Part shown: one piece after another, positions 15,330-22,170 of the stretch | How positions within the stretch are numbered: position 1 is the first letter of the stretch | Layout of the letters: the number at the start of each line of letters is the position of its first letter | NCBI GenBank assembly: GCA_051747585.1 | Contig: JBNJGH010000054.1 | Coordinates: 1-22,170, forward strand | DNA length: 22,170 bases | Origin: Candidatus Rifleibacteriota bacterium | Lineage (GTDB): Bacteria; Muiribacteriota; Ozemobacteria; Ozemobacterales; Ozemobacteraceae | Reading direction: 5' to 3' | Translations under genes and position numbers: made by a program | The notes under the pieces: generated by a model | What the model saw: only the letters and a program-made list of their open reading frames with translations | What the model was told of the DNA's origin: nothing | Database searches by the model: none

Positions 15330-18300
15330 CTATTTCTCCTTCATATTGGATAAAAATCGTTGATATAAATATGATACAAGCATCAATATAACAGCAAGGC
15401 CAATAAAAGAGGCTACGCGATAAAGCTGTCCGAGTGACCACAAATCTTTAAGGAAAATTTTAACCGAAGTAACAATTATTAAAACAAGAGCAGCCTGTCT
15501 TGCCCTGACTGCGTTCCAGCGGATTCCGGCACCAAGCAGAGCAATGGCGTAAAATAACCAGCCAAGACTATAACTAAGTTGTTGAGCAAATCTTCCGTGG
15601 GTCAACAAGCTGAAGCTTGATCCTTTACTGCCAAAGAAGCTTGCAATCTCTATGTTCAAATAGGCAAAAGATAGCAAAGCCAACGTGACTGACCAGAAGG
15701 GAATCTCGTTAATGCTGTAAAGCGGCCACTCTTCTGCTACTTTTTTGCGGCCAAGTAACCAGAGGGTAATAAAAGTGATCAGCAGATAAAGCGCACTTAC
15801 CTGATTAAACAAAGGAGCCATTTTGCCAAATTCTGCTGCGTATCTGAACGGGAACAATACTGAAGCAAGAATTCCAATGAAAATAAGAATCAGGCCGGCC
15901 AATCTATAAGAATTATCAAGTTTTTTCGGCCATTTATGCATCATAAGACCGTATACAAACCATACCCCTGTTTTTGCCAATGACACATTGTGTTTTACGT
16001 CTGAAAAGATGTCGACAGCCAGCACATTAAAGAAATAAAAGGTAAAACCAAAGGCAATCCATTTAAAATATTTTACGATATTGAACCATGAACAAGGCTT
16101 TTCATCAGGATATCCGGCAAGCTTTACCGCCAGAACACAGGATATGGAGCCTGCCAGGGCAGATAGTACTACAGGATTCAAAACTTTTATGCCACCGGCT
16201 TCTTTTAATTGCGGGAAATAGGAAATAATTAGATAAATACCTATTGGTGACAAAACCGAAGCAACATAGCGTAATCCGGGATGTTCGATTCTTCGGTTAA
16301 GCCAAAGAAGAGCTGTTGCTTCGAAAACAAATACAAGACCAAGCCAGCCAGCTTCAAGCATAAGAGCAGGAACCGCCGAAACATAAAACAACATTGCTCC
16401 ACCATGAAATGCAAGAATACTGTTTCTGGCAGTGTTTTTTTCAAGTTGCCGCAAGAGTATCAAGACCACCGGGATTTTAACAAGAGCAAGAATTAAAGGA
16501 ATCAAGCCTGATATTGATCTGGCCCAGATATGATCGGCGGCATAAACGATAAAAACAGCCTGTAAAAGTTCAAAAACGGGCCAACCCATCCATGACTTTT
16601 TGTATTTTTCGAAATTTTTAAAAGCAACAAATGGAATTATTAAAGCAATTACAAAAAAGGCAATTGACCACAACAATGCGGTAAAGTGGTGCGAAAGTAA
16701 AAGATCGGGGCGCAATACCCAGAAAGCCTGAGCCAGCACGGCCGAAAGCAAAGAAGCAATGCCAAGATAACCATAATTTAATCTTCTTGCCAGAGTTTGG
16801 GCAATGACCAGAAAACAGAACATTGTTACCATTCCCGGGTTGGGATTCAGCGGTTGGCTTTTAAAAAAGGCTGCGGCAAGAATAAAAAACATTCCCATAA
16901 TTGGAGAAGCTGCAGCCCATTCATTAATGGCCGAGAGGTTATTTTTGTTTTCTTTTATCGGGGTTTCGAAATTAAGCTTCTGAGCTATAGCGGCGGCATT
17001 GCGCAAAAAGATAAAGGTAACAATACATATTGCCAGACCGGCCATAAGAATAAAAGCGTAAAAAGCAAGACCAAAAGTAATGACCGAAGCCTTACTGATA
17101 AATATAATTGCAGAAAAAACCAGAATAAGGGTTAAAACAAATAAGGGGGCAAAAGCAGAAAAAACAAGGCTTAATGCTATTCCCATAAGTTGAATCCCAA
17201 TGGTCATGGGCCAGAAGAGAAATGCAGTATCAGGATTGATTAGAAGCGCCATCAAACTTAGCAAAGCCAAAGCTGAGGGAAAAATTTTAAACCACTTCAA
17301 TATCTGCTGATTCAAACCATATTTATGGACAAGCAGAACCGGCCCCAAGCCGCCTGCAATGCCATAGGCAAAAAACAACAAATAGGCCCAGGAGCTGATT
17401 TGAGGATTCAAGCGAAAAAACACCCAGCAAGCTGTTACCAGAAAAGCAAAAACCGACAAGGGAATGACATCTTCAAAAAAGAACCTGATACGATAAGCTA
17501 AAACAACCAGCGCTGCTACAGTGGCAACAATTAAAAGTAATGGTGAGGGGCCTGTTCTATAAATAGCGAGGACAAATGCTGCAAACGGCATGGCAAAAGT
17601 AGATAATCTTACTGCCCAGGCAGCCAGTCGATTGGTGCTGTAATTAAATTCGAGCTTTAAAAAATAAATAGAATACAAAGCAAGGTGAGCAGCAAAGGTA
17701 ATTGCTATATGCGAGGTTATTGGAGAGGGCCTGGAAAACATTGCTACCAAAGCGAGGGTTACCATTGTACCCAATGAAGAAAACAGCAACAAACCACCGG
17801 ACTTAAGTCGTTTTATGACCTGATACAAGCCAAGATTAACTATGACAAGATAAATAAACAGAGTAAGAATATTTCCCTGGCCGGTGTTAACAAGCAGAGG
17901 AGTCAGGTAAGCGCCAAGAGCACCCAGAAAAGCTATAGAAACGCCCCGGTGAAAAAGTGCCAACGAAAGCGCTGCTACCGATACGACGACAAGAGCAGCA
18001 AAACCCGGCATTTTCGCAAGATACTCGTAATAAAGAGTAGCTGCGAAGAAAACCGAATAGAGCACGCCTATACCACCGGCAGAAAAAGTCTGCCGCAATA
18101 TATTGTATCTTTTTCTATCGAAAACGAAAGATGCACCTATAAGTCCAACCCCGATTATTGCAGCAACAACAAGCCTCATAATCGGAGAAATAAGATTATT
18201 ATCTATAGAATATTTGACAAAGAAACCTGCACCGACAAAAAGTGCAAGTCCGCCAAGCCATGCAAATAGCTGAGTGCCGGTAAATCTTTCCCAGTCGATT

Positions 18301-18821
18301 TCTGAAAAGAAATTGGACCAGTCGAATTGATTGTTTTCAGGTGGTCTTGGCGGGGTTGGCGGTGATTTATGGGCAGAAGCAGCAGGCTTGGAAACTTTTT
18401 CAGGTTGTTCATCTAGATGCTTTGCTTCAGGCTCGTCAGGCTGTTTGGCCTGTTTTTCGGCAGACTTGCGTTTAATACTCTCTGCCAGCCATTCATATTC
18501 TTCTTCTTTTGTTACTCCTGTTTTTTGTTCGTCGATAACCTTTTCGGACTCTTCTTTATTAACCGGCTCGTCAGAAAAAGAAAGTTCAGAAAAATCAGCT
18601 ACTTCATCGCTTTGCTTTTCTGTCTTTTTATCTGGTTGAGATTGTGGTTCAGTTTGTTCATATTTATCAAGCCTCTTTTTAAGTATATCCAATCGATCTT
18701 TAAGAAGCTTGACCTGAAACTGAAGGGTTTCTGTAATTTCTTTGTTTTGCTCTTTTAATCTTTTGACGCTCGACCAAAGAGCTGCAAGCAAAATCAGTAT
18801 TAATAAAACCAGAATTTCCAT
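15330..18821 (-). CDS. DUF2339-like giant polytopic membrane protein (1163 aa): N-terminal TM, coiled coil, acidic/Lys-rich and Pro-rich linker, then ~25-30 TM helices
   Basis: The architecture was read from the translation: MEILVLLILILLAALW, then LQFQVKLLKDRLDILKKRLDKYEQ, then PPTPPRPP, then a continuous run of hydrophobic segments to the C-terminus. A strong SD AAGAGGA lies 7 nt before the ATG at 18821. It pairs with a DUF3999-like gene, as in the known DUF2339/DUF3999 gene pair. Confidence 0.7.
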   Translation of the reverse strand: MEILVLLILILLAALWSSVKRLKEQNKEITETLQFQVKLLKDRLDILKKRLDKYEQTEPQSQPDKKTEKQSDEVADFSELSFSDEPVNKEESEKVIDEQKTGVTKEEEYEWLAESIKRKSAEKQAKQPDEPEAKHLDEQPEKVSKPAASAHKSPPTPPRPPENNQFDWSNFFSEIDWERFTGTQLFAWLGGLALFVGAGFFVKYSIDNNLISPIMRLVVAAIIGVGLIGASFVFDRKRYNILRQTFSAGGIGVLYSVFFAATLYYEYLAKMPGFAALVVVSVAALSLALFHRGVSIAFLGALGAYLTPLLVNTGQGNILTLFIYLVIVNLGLYQVIKRLKSGGLLLFSSLGTMVTLALVAMFSRPSPITSHIAITFAAHLALYSIYFLKLEFNYSTNRLAAWAVRLSTFAMPFAAFVLAIYRTGPSPLLLIVATVAALVVLAYRIRFFFEDVIPLSVFAFLVTACWVFFRLNPQISSWAYLLFFAYGIAGGLGPVLLVHKYGLNQQILKWFKIFPSALALLSLMALLINPDTAFLFWPMTIGIQLMGIALSLVFSAFAPLFVLTLILVFSAIIFISKASVITFGLAFYAFILMAGLAICIVTFIFLRNAAAIAQKLNFETPIKENKNNLSAINEWAAASPIMGMFFILAAAFFKSQPLNPNPGMVTMFCFLVIAQTLARRLNYGYLGIASLLSAVLAQAFWVLRPDLLLSHHFTALLWSIAFFVIALIIPFVAFKNFEKYKKSWMGWPVFELLQAVFIVYAADHIWARSISGLIPLILALVKIPVVLILLRQLEKNTARNSILAFHGGAMLFYVSAVPALMLEAGWLGLVFVFEATALLWLNRRIEHPGLRYVASVLSPIGIYLIISYFPQLKEAGGIKVLNPVVLSALAGSISCVLAVKLAGYPDEKPCSWFNIVKYFKWIAFGFTFYFFNVLAVDIFSDVKHNVSLAKTGVWFVYGLMMHKWPKKLDNSYRLAGLILIFIGILASVLFPFRYAAEFGKMAPLFNQVSALYLLITFITLWLLGRKKVAEEWPLYSINEIPFWSVTLALLSFAYLNIEIASFFGSKGSSFSLLTHGRFAQQLSYSLGWLFYAIALLGAGIRWNAVRARQAALVLIIVTSVKIFLKDLWSLGQLYRVASFIGLAVILMLVSYLYQRFLSNMKEK

Positions 18822-18851
18822 TAAATATCCTCTTTAGACCTTCTGACTGTT

Positions 18852-19220
18852 TTAACGATTTATAATTATATCAAAACTTGCCTGATCAGATATTCCATAA
18901 ACAGACTCAAACATTTCTGCGGCTATAGTTGCGGCTTTGTTAATATCATTACCAAGCTCTGCATTGAAAGAAACAAAATTGCCACCAGTTAGATCACCCG
19001 CTTTAATACCATACCTTGCCAATAAAATTTCGGCTTTTTTTACTTCTTCTTTATCCAGGGCAACTACCGGGCAATCAAATATAAGCCCACTACCCTCTTC
19101 AAATGCAAATTGAACAAACTTTTCGCTTTCGGCTTCTTGAATTATTATGTACCAGCCATCTCCGCTGTTACCGCACAAAGTCTCAATTCCTTTAATTATT
19201 CTAGCAAAACCCTTACTCAT
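18852..19220 (-). CDS. Small soluble hypothetical protein (~122 aa counted from the ATG at 19220; the track's TTG at 19241 is unlikely)
   Basis: The ATG at 19218-19220 overlaps the upstream gene's TGA stop (ATGA), which suggests translational coupling. There is no signal peptide or TM segment, and the protein is acidic. Confidence 0.5.
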   Translation of the reverse strand: MSKGFARIIKGIETLCGNSGDGWYIIIQEAESEKFVQFAFEEGSGLIFDCPVVALDKEEVKKAEILLARYGIKAGDLTGGNFVSFNAELGNDINKAATIAAEMFESVYGISDQASFDIIINR

Positions 19221-21004
19221 TGCTTCCTCCAGTCGTTCCAATTACCGGCTTTTATTTGAGGCGACCATGTTTTGGCAATATCAGATATATATAGCACTAT
19301 TCCAACTGTTTTGTATTCATTTTCTGCAGGTTTCTCTTTGAATAGCCCAAATTCTTGAGAATTTTTATCTTTAAAAGCAAGATAACGTAAGTATTTTGCT
19401 ATTTCTGGTTTAAACCAGCTTTTACCCCAATTTGTAACCGCTTCTGATTTAAGAACGCTGAAATTAAAACCTTCTCCTTTTATCTTTGAAAGATTCACCA
19501 GATCTTTGCTTGAGCTATGAGGAAATGCAAAGAATGCAATGTCTTCTACTTTATTCCATATATCTTTTTGATACAATTCTTCTGAGCAGGCCAGCTCTTT
19601 ATCGTTATTCTGGTTTGTAATAAGATAAACCGGCCTGGGCATTTTCAATTGAGGTTGGGTGAGATCAAGCTTAAACATTACCTGGTTGTAATCGGCCCAG
19701 GGTGTTTTTTCTTCTGAACCCGAAAAAAACCAGGTATATGTGCCTTCAAATAAAATAGAACGACCTTGATCAATTTTAAACCAGGGGTGAATCACCGGAT
19801 TATAAAGATTGTAGTCGTTGAATTCGGTTACTGTTTTAGCAAAACCCCAGGGCCCGCTGGGCGTATCTGCGGTTGAAAAAATTATTTGGCCGGGTTTAGC
19901 CCCCTGATTAATTGCTATCCATGATTTTATGAACTTGTTATAAACAATAGAACCGTTGAAATTTTTAATTCTTTTGCCGCTGTCAATTTCGATCGGTGCA
20001 AATAATGCTTCTGAAAGTCTTTTTTGCTTTTGTTGATTAACTATATTTTTTAAATTTGTTCGAACCATTTCCGAAGGGGAAAGCAAAAAGAAGCTTTCTG
20101 AGCCGACTCTTACCGGAAAAGGATGTTTACAGCGATGATGCCTGGTTGAATTCATCCTTTTTACAATCTTAAAATTCTTTGAATTCTGTGTCATCACCGC
20201 AAAGCCTGATTCTATTACTTTATCAAGAGTTTCATGCTGCACGTATTTTGCAAGCAAAGCTTCAGACTGAGGCCGTTTAAAACCAATTTTTACCGGTAAT
20301 ACATATTCTATCCAGGTAAAACCACTTTTACCCGTTTTTATCATGGGTCTGGCAAAACCATTATTATCGACCTTGTATTTTAAAGGCAGGAATTTTTCAG
20401 GATCGTATGACTTGTTTTTTAATGGTAAAGTAGCGCAGCTCGCGGAAAAGTTGTAACTGTTCAAGCCAAGGGTATCACCATAAAAGCACCAGAGCTTGTC
20501 TTTCCAGGGGATTGCGATCAAAGAATCCTGACCTATAACATTTCCCGGAAGAAGATTTTTTACAGGAATGCCTTTGGTAAGGCCTGCCAGAATACTATGA
20601 TTATAACGTCCTGCCCCGGTAATTCTATAAAGTCTTTGGGCAAGCTGCTTACGCTTTATTTTCAGGCTAAATGTTTTGCCGGGTTTTATCTGGCACGAAA
20701 TTGATTCCTGCCCCCAGAAATCTGTTTTGCCGATATTATACCCATGACCTTCGACCAGAAAGCGAACCGTCCTGCCGTTTAAATCAGGGGCTATAATGCT
20801 TATTATTCCTTGATTATCTGAAATAAAGCGAGCTCTATTTTCTAATTCGAGCTCAATCAACGGTACAGGTTTACCTGAATCTTGTTCTGTAATTCTAATA
20901 ACAAATGGCTGGAACTCAGCTGATACGGCAGAAACACATTCTGCAACAAGTAACAAAAATGGAACAATTAAAACTATCAGTGTTTTGCCTTCGCGTAATT
21001 TCAT
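19217..21004 (-). CDS. Secreted 595-aa protein: signal peptide, carboxypeptidase-regulatory-like beta-sandwich domain, then a large domain of unknown function (possibly beta-propeller or glycoside-hydrolase-like)
   Basis: Signal peptide MKLREGKTLIVLIVPFLLLVAECVSAVSA. The segment FVIRITEQDSGKPVPLIELELENRARFISDNQGIISI matches the CarbopepD_reg-like pattern. W/G-rich motifs (STADTPSGPWG, FEGTYTW) follow. First gene of the putative four-gene operon. Confidence 0.6.
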   Translation of the reverse strand: MKLREGKTLIVLIVPFLLLVAECVSAVSAEFQPFVIRITEQDSGKPVPLIELELENRARFISDNQGIISIIAPDLNGRTVRFLVEGHGYNIGKTDFWGQESISCQIKPGKTFSLKIKRKQLAQRLYRITGAGRYNHSILAGLTKGIPVKNLLPGNVIGQDSLIAIPWKDKLWCFYGDTLGLNSYNFSASCATLPLKNKSYDPEKFLPLKYKVDNNGFARPMIKTGKSGFTWIEYVLPVKIGFKRPQSEALLAKYVQHETLDKVIESGFAVMTQNSKNFKIVKRMNSTRHHRCKHPFPVRVGSESFFLLSPSEMVRTNLKNIVNQQKQKRLSEALFAPIEIDSGKRIKNFNGSIVYNKFIKSWIAINQGAKPGQIIFSTADTPSGPWGFAKTVTEFNDYNLYNPVIHPWFKIDQGRSILFEGTYTWFFSGSEEKTPWADYNQVMFKLDLTQPQLKMPRPVYLITNQNNDKELACSEELYQKDIWNKVEDIAFFAFPHSSSKDLVNLSKIKGEGFNFSVLKSEAVTNWGKSWFKPEIAKYLRYLAFKDKNSQEFGLFKEKPAENEYKTVGIVLYISDIAKTWSPQIKAGNWNDWRKQ

Positions 21005-21029
21005 ACTTATACCTTACAACAACCTGACA

Positions 21030-21062
21030 AAAAAAAACTACCATCGCCTGTGGCGATGGTAG
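21030..21062 (-). terminator. Rho-independent terminator of the RRM gene: stem CTACCATCGCC / GGCGATGGTAG with loop tgt, followed on the minus strand by 8 U's
   Basis: Perfect 11-bp stem at 21038-21048 / 21052-21062, with the A-run at 21030-21037 on the + strand. It ends only ~27 nt upstream of the ATG of the 595-aa gene. Confidence 0.75.
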
Positions 21063-21076
21063 TGTTAAAAAGCTAA

Positions 21077-21346
21077 TTAATAGCGAGGCCTTCTTGGTCT
21101 GTCAACCCTTGGTTTCGCTTCGTTAACTTTGATGGCTCGACCACTGAATTCTTTACCGTTAAGCTGGCTCATTGCTTCTTGAGCATCTTCATCAGATGCC
21201 ATTTCAACAAAGCCAAAGCCTTTAGAACGGTTAGTGTCACGTTCAATGATCACATTTGCACTGAGAACTTCACCATAAGCGGTGAACATTTCTTCGAGTT
21301 CAGCGTCACGAACACTGTAAGGGAGGTTACCAACATAGAGTTTCAT
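21077..21346 (-). CDS. RRM-domain RNA-binding protein. Start placed at the ATG at 21346 (MKLYVGNLPY...), giving 89 aa, with a Gly/Arg/Pro-rich C-terminal tail.
   Basis: RNP2 (KLYVGNL) and RNP1 (KGFGFVEM) motifs. The SD AGGAGA lies 8 nt upstream of the ATG at 21346. The longer ORF reaching 21385 has no RBS. Confidence 0.8.
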   Translation of the reverse strand: MKLYVGNLPYSVRDAELEEMFTAYGEVLSANVIIERDTNRSKGFGFVEMASDEDAQEAMSQLNGKEFSGRAIKVNEAKPRVDRPRRPRY

Positions 21347-21578
21347 ACCAACATTCTCCTGGAATATAATCGCACACTTACTCACTATATTCCGGGGGAA
21401 TATCGTTCATAAATTGCGTCAGTCTGAATAATATCATATTTTTTAAAAGCAAACAACTTTTTTGAAAAAAAAAATTTCTCTTTCTCATCCCTGCTATGAG
21501 CGTCTTATGAGCAAGAACCTTTGCCGTTATTCACTCTTATATTTTCTATTTTAAATAATATTAAAACCAGTAATTTCT

Positions 21579-21637
21579 AAAAAAACTGTCTCAGCATAAA
21601 CCATAAGCGGCTTTAAGTGCTGAGACAGCATTTTTTT
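21579..21637. terminator. Bidirectional rho-independent terminator: stem CTGTCTCAGCA / TGCTGAGACAG (11 bp) with a 21-nt loop, flanked by A7 on the left and T7 on the right
   Basis: Stems at 21586-21596 / 21618-21628. The T-run at 21631-21637 serves the + strand, and the A-run at 21579-21585 gives a U-run on the minus strand directly after the stop of the 21654.. gene. Confidence 0.65.
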
Positions 21638-21653
21638 AACAATCTGCTAAAAA

Positions 21654-22170
21654 TTAAATATTTTGTTTAACCCAGTCAACCGATTGTTTTACGTCAGTGG
21701 CAACAAATTTTATATCGTTTTCTGACCACTCACTGGCAGGGCTAAGCTTTTGGGCATTCTTAAGATAAGAAAGACGCAGCTTATTCATATTTTGCCTGGA
21801 ACCTCTTATATGCTCGATTGTATTGGGAATAATTATACTTTTACCATTTACAGACTCTTCGGGATCACCAATTTTCACTTCCACACCCATATTGCGGGCA
21901 AAGTCAAGCTGAGCGTTATGATGCTTTCCTGCGCCTGTATATTCGGTTTCCTGAACTACTATAATCTGGTCCTGGTCCATTTCACGGGCAAGCTTTACTG
22001 CGCCTGTAACTGAAGTATTACCCGCAGGCCCACGCTCTATGCCTTCAATTTTGGCAAGAAGTTCGGTAATGTAAAAGACTTCTCCCTGTTTTACCAGGAG
22101 GTAGTCATCCATGTATCTAAGGCTTCTTGCCGCATTGCGTGGTACATCGACCCTGTCAGGCCAGGTGGCA
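21654..22170 (-). CDS. 3' portion (C-terminal ~170 aa) of a gene whose frame stays open to the right window edge; possibly a PLP-dependent fold-type-II (Trp-synthase-beta-like) enzyme with a C-terminal extension
   Basis: The frame is open upstream of the annotated Met to nt 22170. The segment EGIERGPAGNTSVTGAVKLAREMDQDQIIVVQETEYTGAGK resembles the C-terminal 'EGIxxEPssAaaxAgxxKLaxE....vVvvlTGnGlK' region of threonine-synthase/cysteine-synthase-like enzymes. This is a weak assignment. Confidence 0.4.
   Translation of the reverse strand, partial: ATWPDRVDVPRNAARSLRYMDDYLLVKQGEVFYITELLAKIEGIERGPAGNTSVTGAVKLAREMDQDQIIVVQETEYTGAGKHHNAQLDFARNMGVEVKIGDPEESVNGKSIIIPNTIEHIRGSRQNMNKLRLSYLKNAQKLSPASEWSENDIKFVATDVKQSVDWVKQNI

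Noticed and set aside
1-22170. CRISPR arrays, IS elements or transposases, integrases, tRNA/rRNA genes
   Set aside because: No direct-repeat/spacer periodicity, no transposase-like or integrase-like ORFs, and no tRNA-like cloverleaf-sized conserved segments were seen. MITE-like TIRs around 6508-7040 remain a hypothesis and are kept in the findings.

Overview
This is a ~22 kb window at ~40% GC, gene-dense on both strands, most likely from an anaerobic Desulfobacterota-like bacterium. No rRNA, tRNA, CRISPR, IS or transposase was seen.

What is in it, by coordinate:
(1) A partial SPFH/band-7 gene at the left edge.
(2) A minus-strand cluster for B12-dependent D-ornithine 4,5-aminomutase: oraS, oraE, a rho-independent terminator, then an unusual ~550 bp structured non-coding region, then a MutL/GlmL-like putative reactivase, an ornithine-racemase-like gene and an alanine racemase. 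A coupled tail of a 143-aa hypothetical and an MBL/beta-CASP RNA-metabolising hydrolase follows. The rest of the known ornithine-oxidation pathway (ord, ortA, ortB) is absent from the window, and folA sits directly upstream of oraS.
(3) A PsiE-like small membrane protein, followed by two translationally coupled paralogous 6-TM sensor-like proteins that share a strongly conserved C-terminal CxxC..H..H..CxxC module.
(4) A minus-strand four-gene putative operon of unknown function: secreted 595-aa protein, ~122-aa protein, DUF2339-like 1163-aa polytopic membrane protein, DUF3999-like 903-aa protein. I consider this the best candidate for an undescribed envelope system.
(5) An RRM RNA-binding protein gene bracketed by two strong hairpin terminators, and a partial PLP-fold-II-like enzyme gene at the right edge.

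Regulatory signals worth follow-up: a 66-bp near-perfect palindrome, a thrice-repeated CAGGGCAAT motif placed ~85-95 nt upstream of both aminomutase-cluster operons, and tandem stem-loops.

All assignments rest on reading the translated ORFs and the DNA by eye. No database search was run.
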